This document shows positions 1-9,317 of a stretch of DNA of 64,000 nucleotides, piece by piece. Positions within the stretch are counted from its first letter, which is position 1, and each line of letters begins with the position of its first letter. The position numbers were made by a program, and so were the translations under genes. Location of the stretch: the NCBI GenBank assembly GCA_964532415.1, contig CAZHHN010000003.1, forward strand, positions 3,777 to 67,776, read 5' to 3'. The notes beneath the pieces are model-generated. The model worked only from the letters and a program-made list of their open reading frames with translations. It ran no database searches and was not told where the DNA came from. The stretch comes from an uncultured Gammaproteobacteria bacterium. Its GTDB lineage: Bacteria; Patescibacteriota; Patescibacteriia; SG8-24; DYFX01.

Positions 1-400
1 ATTCGATGGAGTTCGTTGCCAATCCGCGCAGGTCGACGGCGCCCGTCCGTCGTAAATTTCCGGGCAACACGACTACGTGCCAACGTCTTCGCAAAAGTGA
101 AGTCGGCGCTCGCTTCGGCGTTCGCGCCGTCCTTCGCTCCGGTCCTCGCCTAAGCGCGATTGACCCATCGCCCGGCAATATCTTCTAGCCGGATCCCGGT
201 GTCATAAGAAGGTCCGCCGCATGTTTCGCCCCGAGGCATGCGTTCCGGTTGGATCGGGGCGCGGACGCACGCCACTCGCCGCCTCTCTGCGTGTGCTCCG
301 GCCCGCGCCTTCGGGCGCGGCAAACCCGAGACGGCTATGCCTGTAGTGCGGAGTGTCCCATGAACCCCAGACGCGGGTGCGAATCCCGCCATCTCCACCA
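1..400 (+). ncRNA. ssrA: tmRNA (5' end just outside the window)
   Basis: Starts with ATTCGA (D-loop-like motif), contains a tag ORF ending ...VLA-TAA, and ends with a T-arm GCGGG-TGCGAAT-CCCGC and acceptor end ATCTCCACCA followed by a terminator. Confidence 0.93.
79..153 (+). other. tmRNA proteolysis-tag reading frame ANVFAKVKSALASAFAPSFAPVLA*
   Basis: GCC AAC resume codons at 79-84, hydrophobic Ala-ending C-terminus, TAA at 151-153. Confidence 0.75.
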
Positions 401-433
401 GCAAAAATACCCATCGAAGATGGGTATTTTTGC
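401..433 (+). terminator. Intrinsic, probably bidirectional terminator after ssrA
   Basis: GCAAAAATACCCATC-GAA-GATGGGTATTTTTGC perfect inverted repeat. Confidence 0.88.
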
Positions 434-468
434 CTGCACGATGGCTGCTCTCGCGACCATGATCTCCG

Positions 469-1101
469 TCATCGAACCGTTATTTTTCCCGTCGCCCGCT
501 CAGCGAAGACAACGAGCCGTTGGGAATACTGTCTGGCGCGCGTATCCCAGGTCCCGAAGCACGTGATCAGATTCAAACGCGCCTTGCCATCATTGGAAAG
601 AAAAACCTCCGTCGCATCGGCGGTGGCGGCGTACGTCCGTCTTTCGCGGACCGTGAAGGCCATGATCTTTCCCCGATCATCCTGCACGGAAATGACGTCG
701 CCCGGCCGCAACGCGTCCAGGCGTTTGAACACGGCATTCGCTCCATGCAGCCAATTCACGTGGCCGGCGAGCACGGCGCTCCCCTTCTCTCCCGGCTTGG
801 AACCCAACATGTACCAAGCGACGGCCCCGGGATCCTTAGGCACATCCATCGATCCGTCACCCGTCACCGTCACCTTCTCAATGGCCGCATCCACGCCGAC
901 AACGGGGATACTGAGGCGTGTGGGCATCCCGATGTCTTCCTGCGCGATGGATGCCGGCGGATTTTTGGCCGAGACGTGGAGCGGCGCCTCCATGCCGACC
1001 TCGACCCCGGAAACCGCTTTGCGGCGCAGAAAGAAACCAGAGAATATCAGGACGCCGCAGGCTGTCAGCATGCCGAGTACGACGGCTGTTTTTCGACGCA
1101 T
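469..1101 (-). CDS. Class F sortase
   Basis: N-terminal TM anchor; PGEKGSAVLAGH, LNLITC and RLVV supply the His/Cys/Arg catalytic motifs. Confidence 0.9.
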   Translation of the reverse strand: MRRKTAVVLGMLTACGVLIFSGFFLRRKAVSGVEVGMEAPLHVSAKNPPASIAQEDIGMPTRLSIPVVGVDAAIEKVTVTGDGSMDVPKDPGAVAWYMLGSKPGEKGSAVLAGHVNWLHGANAVFKRLDALRPGDVISVQDDRGKIMAFTVRERRTYAATADATEVFLSNDGKARLNLITCFGTWDTRARQYSQRLVVFAERATGKITVR

Positions 1102-1110
1102 CGGATCTTT

Positions 1111-3207
1111 TTACCGACGCGGCGCTTCCGTTTGTTCAGAAGCTTCGAGCTGATGTCGGCGTGACCGCAGCCGCGCCAGCGCATAGAGAAGGGCGGATAT
1201 CGAGATGAGGGGGAACGAAGTGATGAAAGCGTCCAGCGGTGTCGCGAACAGGCCGCGCGCGGCTTGCGCGAACGCCTGAAGGAACGTCGGCGGCCGTTCC
1301 GGTGCGGACGACGATCCGGCTTCCTCCCCGGTAGAGGTCGCGGGTTCCGTACCGGCCGTGGAAAGGGCCGGGAACGTCTTCGACGGGGGGATGAGCCTGG
1401 CCCGTGTCGTCAGGTCGAAAACGCCGCTCGACGGCAAGCCGACGCTTTTCTGATAGGCGGCGACAGCGAGACGCGTCAACGTCCCGAAATAACCCTTGGC
1501 GGCTCCGCGCGGCATTGTCAGTAAACCCTGCTGCTCAAGCGCCGTCTGAAGCTCGGTGACATCGCTGCCGGACGTACCGATGGCCAAAGACCGATGAGGC
1601 GCGGTGCCCACCCCAATCGTCCCATCATCTGTTAGGGCATCGGTGAAGACGACCCTCCGCAGGGGATAGACGCCGTTGACCTGGTTCCAGATGCCCTCGC
1701 ACGTGATGAGGTTCAGGTGCGCCAGCCCGTCATCAGAAGTGAAGACCGTCGTTGCGTCCGCATCGCGCTCGAACAGGGCAATCTTCCGTACCTTGAAGGC
1801 CAAGCGAGCGCCTTTGTCGTCGACGACGTACACCGCGTCGCCGATCTTGAGTTTATCCAAGTTGAAGAAGACGAAGGGTGTGCCGCTCTGGATCCCGAAA
1901 TGGCCGCCGATGACCGCGCTTCCTTCCTGCCCGGGATGGGGACCGAGCGCGAACCAAGCCACGTTCCTGGAACCTGCGGGCACGTCCATCCTCCCGTCCG
2001 GCGTCAACAGCGCGTCTTCGATCGCCGAATCCACGTTGATAGCCGGAATCCTGAGCCGCACCGGAAGTCCTTGAGGCAAGCCGCCGGGATCCCGTATATC
2101 GGAATAGGCAATGCTGTTCGGTCCGGTCATCGGGAACCTGGCGACCGGATATTTCCAGCCGGTTTCGAGGCTCAACCCGCCGTTTCGATGCAGCTCCGTC
2201 AGCGCCCGAGGATAAACTCCCGTAGCTAAAAGTCCGGCGCCGAGCAGCGCAAGGAACAGCCACTTCGCGCCGGTCATGCCTTTCTTCGGGGGAATACGCT
2301 TCGTCTTTTCCCGCGCCTCGAAGAAGCAGCCGAGCAGGAACGCCAGCATGACCGAAAGGATCCCCCAGATCACAATCTTCATACTCAGAACCTCGCCCGT
2401 TTCCGGGAATTTCGGACTGGCGGCGGCTGCAGTGGAAGTGGGAAAGGCGACCTTGACGGTGAGCGTGGCGCTGCCGATCGCCTTGAAGCCGTTGGCGTTA
2501 CCTCTGACGGTCACCGTGTTCGTCATGGTCCGTTTCAGGATCGTCGTACACGTGTAGATCCAGACTTCATGCGTGTCCAAAAGGCCGTTGCCGTTGACGT
2601 CGCCCAATTTACCCGACATGTCGCGACATTTATCGTCAATGACGGACACGTCCGCCAAGGGCACGTCGCCGGGATTACTGACCCGGTACGTAAACGTGAT
2701 CGGTCCGCCGTCGGTCGGCAGGGATAGGGGGTACGCGACTTTGGTGATGTTGATGATGCTGACCAGCGGCGGCGGGGTGTCCGAGCCAACGGCGACCGTT
2801 GTATAGGCCTCATGCTTCGCGACGATGCCGTTGGAGCTGCCCTTGGCCGTGGCCGTACTCCGCGTCGTCTCGGACAGCATGCTCGTGCAAACGTACCTCC
2901 AGGTTTCGCTCGATTCCAGCAGAGAGTTCCCGTTGTCGTCGCCGCCCGTGTAGACGAGCGGAGCGCAGGCGTTATCGACGACCTGCACGTCCGTCAAAGG
3001 CGCTTCTTCCAGAAAGCTTTTGACTGCGTAGTGATAAATGACTGCGCCCCCTTCCTTTGGCAACGCCAATGGTTCCGGCACTGACGTGATGCCTATCAGC
3101 GGAACGAACATGCCCGGACTCTCCTGGGCCAAAGCGCTTTTTGCGCCGAAGCACAGGATGATTGCGGCGATCAGGAGGAGAGCTCTGCCTTTGGTTTGAA
3201 TCGTCAT
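1111..3207 (-). CDS. Fusion protein: two Ig-like surface domains + FPETG sorting signal + class F sortase + peptidoglycan-binding domain
   Basis: Signal peptide; FPETG-TM-basic tail; second TM; SAVIGGH and LNLITC; GSDVTELQTAL...GYFGTLTRLAVAAYQ. Start chosen at the ATGA overlap with the upstream gene. Confidence 0.82.
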   Translation of the reverse strand: MTIQTKGRALLLIAAIILCFGAKSALAQESPGMFVPLIGITSVPEPLALPKEGGAVIYHYAVKSFLEEAPLTDVQVVDNACAPLVYTGGDDNGNSLLESSETWRYVCTSMLSETTRSTATAKGSSNGIVAKHEAYTTVAVGSDTPPPLVSIINITKVAYPLSLPTDGGPITFTYRVSNPGDVPLADVSVIDDKCRDMSGKLGDVNGNGLLDTHEVWIYTCTTILKRTMTNTVTVRGNANGFKAIGSATLTVKVAFPTSTAAAASPKFPETGEVLSMKIVIWGILSVMLAFLLGCFFEAREKTKRIPPKKGMTGAKWLFLALLGAGLLATGVYPRALTELHRNGGLSLETGWKYPVARFPMTGPNSIAYSDIRDPGGLPQGLPVRLRIPAINVDSAIEDALLTPDGRMDVPAGSRNVAWFALGPHPGQEGSAVIGGHFGIQSGTPFVFFNLDKLKIGDAVYVVDDKGARLAFKVRKIALFERDADATTVFTSDDGLAHLNLITCEGIWNQVNGVYPLRRVVFTDALTDDGTIGVGTAPHRSLAIGTSGSDVTELQTALEQQGLLTMPRGAAKGYFGTLTRLAVAAYQKSVGLPSSGVFDLTTRARLIPPSKTFPALSTAGTEPATSTGEEAGSSSAPERPPTFLQAFAQAARGLFATPLDAFITSFPLISISALLYALARLRSRRHQLEASEQTEAPRR

Positions 3208-5864
3208 ACGTGTGTCCGAAGAATGAAAGCGGACGCGAGCGCCGCAGCGAACGCTCCGAACATCGTCAGGAGCTTCCAAGTGGCGGCGCCCGGCTCGATG
3301 CCCGTATTCGGGAAGCCTGGGACGCTGCCGACCAAGACCCTGACAGTCGCGACATCGTACGCCCTCAGGAAGTTGCCCTCACCGCTGACCGAGATCGTGC
3401 TGGTCGTGCTCACTCGAAGCGTTTTGGTGCACGTATAGATCCAGGTCTCATCAATGCCGAGTTTCGCGTCGCCGTTAACGTCCCCGTTGACGTATTTCAC
3501 CGGACCGCAATCGTCATCGGAGACGCGCACGTTGCTCAGGGCCACGGCGCCAATGTTGGTGACGGCATGCGTATAGGTGACCGGTCCGCCACCGAAAGGC
3601 AGCGACAGGGGATCGGGTATCTTGGTGACGTGGATCAGCGGCGGGGGCAGGGCCGCGCCGACCACGACCGTGGCCTGAGCGCGATCAAGCGCCTTGAAGC
3701 CGTTGGCGACACCGGAGACGATGGCGACGTTCTGGGTCGTTTCCGACAGCATCGCATCGCATCGATACGTCCAGGTTTCGGCCGGATCGAGCTGCCCATC
3801 CGCATCGGCGTCGCCAGAGACCGGGCTTACGGCCGTGCATTTGTTGTCGACGAGCGTCACCCCGATCATCGGGATAGATCCCAGATTCTTGACGGTATAG
3901 GTGTAGGTCACCGGACCGGGTCCGGATGGCAAGGCTAATGGACTCGGAATCTTGGTCAGGCTGATCAAGGGCGATATAGACGCAGATCCCCCCCCGCCGC
4001 CTCCCCCACCCCCTCCGCCCGAAGATGGCGCAGGAACGGCGTTATCATTGTTAATAATCGTGCAGGTCTTGTGCTCGCCGATGGCCAGAGTGACGGTGCC
4101 GTTAGAATCGCAATCTCCGTCGATGCTCGAAGCGTAACCGGCGAAAAGATCTTCGCGAAGCGTATAGGCACCCGGAGCCAGGCCGTAGCTCGTTCCCGGA
4201 GCCAGTGCCCCTCCTGCCGGACTGCCGGCGACGTCGGCTCCGGCCAGCGTCACATGCACGATGAAACTCGGTGCCGTGGCGATGCCGCCGTCATCATTGA
4301 TGACAGCCGTGATGACCTTCAATGTGGCGGGGGGAGGCGTATCGATATCGGTAATCGTGCAGGTCTTGTGCTCGCCGGCGGCCAGCGTGACCGAGCCGCT
4401 CAGGTTGCAATCGCCGCTGACGCTTGAGGTATACCCCGGTAAGACGCTCTGGCTGACCGTATAGGTGCCCGGAACGAGTCCGAACGCCGTCCCGGGAGCC
4501 GGCGCTCCGGGACCCGGACTGCCGGCAATGTCCGCTCCGGAAAGTTTCACATGGACAGTGAAGCTTGAAGCTGTGGCGATGCCACCGTCATCATTGACGA
4601 CATTGGTGACGACATTCAAAGAGGCCGGGGATGGAGGCGTGGCTGGCGGACAAGCGGCACCGCCCACCGCACCGGTCATCTTATTGAAGCTCCATAGATA
4701 GCCGGCATCTCCCAAACCGTAGAAACATTCCCCGATCAGGGTATAGCCGTAGTCGAGCGTGTTGCCGCCGTTCACCGTCGGCCAAGTCTTAGGGCCGGTG
4801 AAATCCCGGCATTGGCTTTGCAGGGCGAAATCGTAACAGAATACGGCATTCTGCGTGGCGAAATACGTCCGCGTGCCATCCTGTACCTCTTCCCTGACGG
4901 ATCCCTGCGATCCGGCGCCGGCAAAAAGGCCGGGTGGTGGCGGCATTGGCGCCCGGGTGCCGATCTTCCAGCATGTCGCGCCTCCGGTGACCGTCGCCGC
5001 GACGCAGATGCCGGAGAGCGTGCCGGACGCGTCATAATTCCCGAAGATGGACGTGAAGCGCCTGGCGGCATCATTCGCTCCCAGGCTCGTCCAGCCATCG
5101 CAACGGGCGTTCGTCAGCGGATCGAAGCATGTCACGCGCGCGTTGTCGGCGATGATCGGCGATTGACCGCCGTAATTGACCAAAAGATAGATGCGCCCCT
5201 CGAGCACCTCCCGGATGACCAGGAAGGACGAGCCGGTATAGGCCGGCATGCCTTCTGTGGCGCCGATGATCGCGTAAGGCTGTCCCGGGCAGGCGGCCTG
5301 CGTCGCGGTGTCGAAGCAATAGGCCCGAAGGTCACGGCCGATCTCGTACAGGCGCGTGCCGGACTGCTCAAGCCCGTCGATCGTGGCCGTAAAGGTCCCG
5401 CCGACGCTCGGCAGGCTTCCGAGCCGGAAATAGCCGCAGTTGGTGCCAGTTTCAAGATCAAAGCAGCTGATTCCGTTATCGGTGGGACGCTGCGCGGCGT
5501 AATACAGCCGTGACGTGACCTGCACGTACCTGGGATGCGTCGAGGTTGAGATATCCGTCGGCCCCGTGTTCGACGTACCGGGCGCGGAACTGAAATATTT
5601 GGGATAGCCCCCGCACAGCTGATCCGTATGCGCGATGACGCAATTGATGTTATAAACGGGGGTCGGCGTGCCGCTCGGAGATTGGTGATGATAAATGGAG
5701 TAGATCCGTTCCTCGCCGCTCTGCATCGTATAGATGATCGGCGTATAGCCGTCCCCTCCCGTTGGGCTGTTGATATTGAAAGCGCGGGCGCCAATGACGC
5801 CCATCAAGCTGAATGCGATCGCTAAGAATACGACCCCTCCCGCCAGCCTTTTGATATAACGCAT
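3204..5864 (-). CDS. Sortase-anchored surface protein/adhesin (886 aa)
   Basis: Signal peptide, Cys-containing N-terminal domain, two NDDGG..GDC..CTI repeats, poly-Gly linker, two Ig-like repeats, C-terminal FPNTG + TM. Confidence 0.85.
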   Translation of the reverse strand: MRYIKRLAGGVVFLAIAFSLMGVIGARAFNINSPTGGDGYTPIIYTMQSGEERIYSIYHHQSPSGTPTPVYNINCVIAHTDQLCGGYPKYFSSAPGTSNTGPTDISTSTHPRYVQVTSRLYYAAQRPTDNGISCFDLETGTNCGYFRLGSLPSVGGTFTATIDGLEQSGTRLYEIGRDLRAYCFDTATQAACPGQPYAIIGATEGMPAYTGSSFLVIREVLEGRIYLLVNYGGQSPIIADNARVTCFDPLTNARCDGWTSLGANDAARRFTSIFGNYDASGTLSGICVAATVTGGATCWKIGTRAPMPPPPGLFAGAGSQGSVREEVQDGTRTYFATQNAVFCYDFALQSQCRDFTGPKTWPTVNGGNTLDYGYTLIGECFYGLGDAGYLWSFNKMTGAVGGAACPPATPPSPASLNVVTNVVNDDGGIATASSFTVHVKLSGADIAGSPGPGAPAPGTAFGLVPGTYTVSQSVLPGYTSSVSGDCNLSGSVTLAAGEHKTCTITDIDTPPPATLKVITAVINDDGGIATAPSFIVHVTLAGADVAGSPAGGALAPGTSYGLAPGAYTLREDLFAGYASSIDGDCDSNGTVTLAIGEHKTCTIINNDNAVPAPSSGGGGGGGGGGGSASISPLISLTKIPSPLALPSGPGPVTYTYTVKNLGSIPMIGVTLVDNKCTAVSPVSGDADADGQLDPAETWTYRCDAMLSETTQNVAIVSGVANGFKALDRAQATVVVGAALPPPLIHVTKIPDPLSLPFGGGPVTYTHAVTNIGAVALSNVRVSDDDCGPVKYVNGDVNGDAKLGIDETWIYTCTKTLRVSTTSTISVSGEGNFLRAYDVATVRVLVGSVPGFPNTGIEPGAATWKLLTMFGAFAAALASAFILRTHV

Positions 5865-6038
5865 GCACTTCTTTATGAAATGCCGGCGGGAAATTAAAGT
5901 CCTCGGGCCGCGACAGCAACGTGTCTAAATAAGATGTAGAAGGAACTGCCTCCTCAGTGTATCACCTCTCCTCTATATAGCATACACCGGACAAAAGTCC
6001 GTCACGACCGGCTAGCGATTGACTACGCATTCCCCTAT

Positions 6039-6070
6039 CGGGTGCCAATGTCCCGGCGGCATCTCCACCA
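6039..6070 (+). repeat. Degenerate duplicate of the tmRNA 3' end (att-like site)
   Basis: CGGGTGCCAATGTCCCGGCGGCATCTCCACCA versus tmRNA CGGGTGCGAATCCCGCCATCTCCACCA; terminal 11 nt identical, spacing +5 nt. Confidence 0.78.
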
Positions 6071-6071
6071 T

Positions 6072-6103
6072 CAAAAGAATCGCTCAAACAAGCGGTGCTT
6101 TTG
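6072..6103 (+). terminator. Terminator-like hairpin after the att-like copy
   Basis: CAAAAG-AATCGCT-CAAACA-AGCGGTG-CTTTTG. Confidence 0.55.
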
Positions 6104-6160
6104 TATCTCTGCAGATCGGAAGATATGGACCTCTCCCCTCCCATCCATTACGCTTCAGCC

Positions 6161-6394
6161 ATGGACCCCATCAAACTCTCGCACGAAGAAATGAAGAAGC
6201 TCCTCTATGGCATCAAAAGCCTGGACGAGCAGCAGCGCGCGCTGATCGGGGAAACGCTCGCCGGACTCCTCAGACAGCATGGCCACATCTGGCCCGAAGA
6301 CCTGCATCGCGAACTCCGGCGCCTGCACGACGCGCACCGGATTTCCGACCTGGACCGGGAGAGCGTGACCGAAGCGTTGTTCCCGGCAAGCTAA
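6161..6394 (+). CDS. Small helical hypothetical protein
   Basis: 77-aa ORF with GC3-biased codons, a TACGCT -10-like box 6 nt upstream and a terminator downstream. Confidence 0.7.
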   Translation: MDPIKLSHEEMKKLLYGIKSLDEQQRALIGETLAGLLRQHGHIWPEDLHRELRRLHDAHRISDLDRESVTEALFPAS

Positions 6395-6415
6395 AAAGCC
6401 CCTCGCGGGGCTTTT
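6394..6415. terminator. Bidirectional terminator
   Basis: AAAAGCCCC-TCGC-GGGGCTTTT between convergent genes. Confidence 0.85.
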
Positions 6416-6428
6416 CCCGTCCTTCGTC

Positions 6429-9188
6429 TCAATGCCCCATGGCCGTCAGGCCTTCGGCATTGGTCACGACGCGGATGCCGGTCGATTGGATGTAGGCGAG
6501 GATCTGGGCGAGGATTTCGGGCGTGGTGCTGTACTGCAGGCCGCTGTGATCGATGTCATGGAGTTCGAGGATCAGCCAGGTCCGATCGGCCAGGGCCTGA
6601 TCGATCCAGCCCTTGATCTGGTCGATGGTCGTGTTCGATTCGACGTGCTGGTCTTCGAGTTCGAACGGGTTGGTGTTCCTGCTGTTGAAACCCTGACGCA
6701 CGCTGCGAGCGCCGCGGTAACCGGCAACGACGACGGCCTGCTCGACGGCGTTGTTGAATTCGCCGTACGGATAGGCGAAGGTCGAAGGATCCATGCCGAG
6801 CGCCGCCAGATCGCTGCGCGCGCCCGCCACCTCGGAGGTCACCTCGGCCGGCGCAAGCTGCGTCAGGTGCGCGTGCGTGCGGGTGTGCGAGCCGATCTCG
6901 TGACCGGCGGAGCGCATGGCGGCCGTCTGGCTCTGGTCGACGTTGCCGCTCAGACCAAAGCTGCCGGTAATGATGTACTGCGTGCTGCGGATGCCGGCGG
7001 CGTCGAGCAGCGGAACGGCGTTCTGATAGACGCTCGTGAGGCCGTCATCGAAGTCCAGCGAGATCATGCCGGCGTCGAACCGGCCGTCGGGCAGTTTTTT
7101 GAGCGAGAAGCTGTCGGTCGTCAATGTGCCGACGCTCTTGATCAAATGAATGGCCGTCATCGACACGGCGTGCGCAGGGACGACGAAACGATCGGCGGCC
7201 TTGGTCCATCCGTCGGCGGACGCAAGGTCCAGGAGATCGAGATAGTCATAATGCCCGTCGTCGAACAGGAACTGCAGCGTGACGAGGCTCGGCGCGGTCG
7301 CCTTGTATTCATCGGAAAACTCGTAGCTCGCGCCGGGCGTGACCGGCACGGGCTGGAAATACCACTTGGCGCCGGAGCCCGAAACGTACGACGTGACGTT
7401 CACCTGCGCCGCGGCCGCGCCGGACTGCCCCGAAACGGGATACGCAAAGCCGGCCTGCGTGCCCGGCGAAGCGGTCCTGAACCAAAAGGCCGGCAGGCCG
7501 GATGCACCAGCAGCGGGCGTCTCAAACGAAGCGTTGACGACGAGGTTATCTGGATCGACGGGCGGCGGCACGTACTGAACGAGCCGGTGCGCGTCGGTCG
7601 CGATCCATCCGACCGATTTGATGAGATGGAAAACGGTCAGCGCGGCGACCGGCGCAGCGTACGACGTCGGGACGGTGAAGGTGCGCGATAGCTCCGTCCA
7701 GACGGATGCGGCCGGCAGGTGCAGCGCGATGTCGGCATACTTGTAGGTGCCGTCCTGCAGGCGATATTGGACCGTCAGGGAGCTCTCGACATTCGACGTG
7801 TAGGCGTCGGAGAACGTGTAGGACTGCCCGCCCGTCACAGCGACCGGCTGAAAGTACCATTTGGCGTCGCCGTTCGTGTAGCCGGTGATTTCCGTTCTTA
7901 TGGCCTTGGCGCCGTCGAAGCCGGCGACCGGATAGGTCAACAGGCGCGTGTTGGCGCCCGAACCGCCTTTCAACCAGCCGACCGGCACGCCGGGAACGGA
8001 CGAAGCTGATTCGACCGAGGGATTCGCGATCAGGTTGGCCGCGGGAGTCAGGAGAGGCGCGATGTCGTCATTGACGATCGTGCACTGTTTGACCGCGTCC
8101 ATGGCGACGGAGACCGAACCGTCCGACGCGCAGTCGCCGGTCACGGTCGATGCGTAGCCGGCATCGGTGATTTCCGAGACGACGTGAGTGCCGGCCTCGA
8201 CAGAGTTCGGCGCTCCGCTCACGACGTTGGCCGCATCGATGAAAGTCGGAAACTCGGCGGCCGTTTTCACACCGCCGTCGTCGTTGATGACGGACACCTG
8301 CACGATGAGCGTGCCGCCGGCATGGTTGCGCGTCTCGACCTGAATCGGCGTGGAAGTCGCGCTGTTCATGGCGGCATCATGCGCCACGACGAACACGCTA
8401 TGGAGGCCGTCGTCTTCCCCACCCGTATCCCAGGCAAAAGCGTAGGGAGCCGAGCCGATTTCATTGCCCGTTTTCAGGCCATCAACGTACAACTGCACGC
8501 CGGTCACGCCGACGTCGTCGCTCGCGGTCGCCGACAGGACGATCACGCCGGTGGCGGGCTGCGGACTGACCGGGGCAAGTGTCACCGTCGGCGAAATCGT
8601 GTCGACGGTTTGCAGGCGGTAATTGTCGGTGACGACCCAGCCGACGGATTTGATCGCGTGGAAAATCGACACGTTCACGACCGGCGAACCGTAATTCTTC
8701 GGCACCGTGAAAGTTTTGGCAGCCTGAGTCCAGTTCGAAGCCGGCGGCAGTCCGGCAAAAAGAACGGGATAACGGTAAGTACCGTCCTGCAGCTGGTATT
8801 GGATCGTCACGACGGTCGTGGCGCTTGAGGTATACCAATCGGAGAAGGCCAGTGTTTGGCCGCCCGACACGCTGACCGGCTGGAAGTACCACTTGGCATC
8901 GCCGTCGGTGTAGCTCGCGATCTCCGTTTTCATCGCTTTGGCCCCATCGATGCCGGCGACCGGATAGGTCAGCGAACGGTTATTGGAACCGAAGCCGCCC
9001 TTCAGCCATGCCAACGGCAGTCCCGCTTTCGATGATGCCGTTTCCGCCGAAGCGTTGGCGATCAGGTTGGCGTCGGCGGCGCGGGCGGGCAAAGCGACGA
9101 ACATCCAAAAAAGAAACAGCGGACCGATGAGCACGCCGAGCGGGATGGACTGCCTTGTATGCCGCCACAGAGACGATCGGTTGCGCAT
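6429..9188 (-). CDS. Secreted polysaccharide deacetylase (NodB/CE4) with three carbohydrate-binding-like repeats and Ig domains
   Basis: C-terminal LDFDDG, HEIGSHTRTH, FAYPYG, LELH motifs; repeated NLIANxSxE...GDAKWYFQPV modules. Confidence 0.87.
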   Translation of the reverse strand: MRNRSSLWRHTRQSIPLGVLIGPLFLFWMFVALPARAADANLIANASAETASSKAGLPLAWLKGGFGSNNRSLTYPVAGIDGAKAMKTEIASYTDGDAKWYFQPVSVSGGQTLAFSDWYTSSATTVVTIQYQLQDGTYRYPVLFAGLPPASNWTQAAKTFTVPKNYGSPVVNVSIFHAIKSVGWVVTDNYRLQTVDTISPTVTLAPVSPQPATGVIVLSATASDDVGVTGVQLYVDGLKTGNEIGSAPYAFAWDTGGEDDGLHSVFVVAHDAAMNSATSTPIQVETRNHAGGTLIVQVSVINDDGGVKTAAEFPTFIDAANVVSGAPNSVEAGTHVVSEITDAGYASTVTGDCASDGSVSVAMDAVKQCTIVNDDIAPLLTPAANLIANPSVESASSVPGVPVGWLKGGSGANTRLLTYPVAGFDGAKAIRTEITGYTNGDAKWYFQPVAVTGGQSYTFSDAYTSNVESSLTVQYRLQDGTYKYADIALHLPAASVWTELSRTFTVPTSYAAPVAALTVFHLIKSVGWIATDAHRLVQYVPPPVDPDNLVVNASFETPAAGASGLPAFWFRTASPGTQAGFAYPVSGQSGAAAAQVNVTSYVSGSGAKWYFQPVPVTPGASYEFSDEYKATAPSLVTLQFLFDDGHYDYLDLLDLASADGWTKAADRFVVPAHAVSMTAIHLIKSVGTLTTDSFSLKKLPDGRFDAGMISLDFDDGLTSVYQNAVPLLDAAGIRSTQYIITGSFGLSGNVDQSQTAAMRSAGHEIGSHTRTHAHLTQLAPAEVTSEVAGARSDLAALGMDPSTFAYPYGEFNNAVEQAVVVAGYRGARSVRQGFNSRNTNPFELEDQHVESNTTIDQIKGWIDQALADRTWLILELHDIDHSGLQYSTTPEILAQILAYIQSTGIRVVTNAEGLTAMGH

Positions 9189-9317
9189 CTTACTGATGAG
9201 GATAAGTACCGCGAGGATAGCCCGGAACGGCCCTCTCGTCAAGCGCGCAGACCCGCCCGCGCCGTCAACCGAAAAAGCCCGGGCCAAAGGCCCGGACCTT
9301 TTCCGTCCTTCCGGTGC

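Larger units (their letters stand above)
401..6070. mobile_element. Integrase-less genomic islet at the ssrA 3' end carrying a sortase/surface-protein cassette
   Basis: Bounded by the tmRNA 3' end (375-400) and a degenerate copy of it (6039-6070), each followed by a terminator. Confidence 0.7.

Noticed and set aside
3988-4020. C-tract as a phase-variation switch
   Set aside because: Part of an in-frame poly-Gly linker with mixed codons; the longest run is only 8 nt
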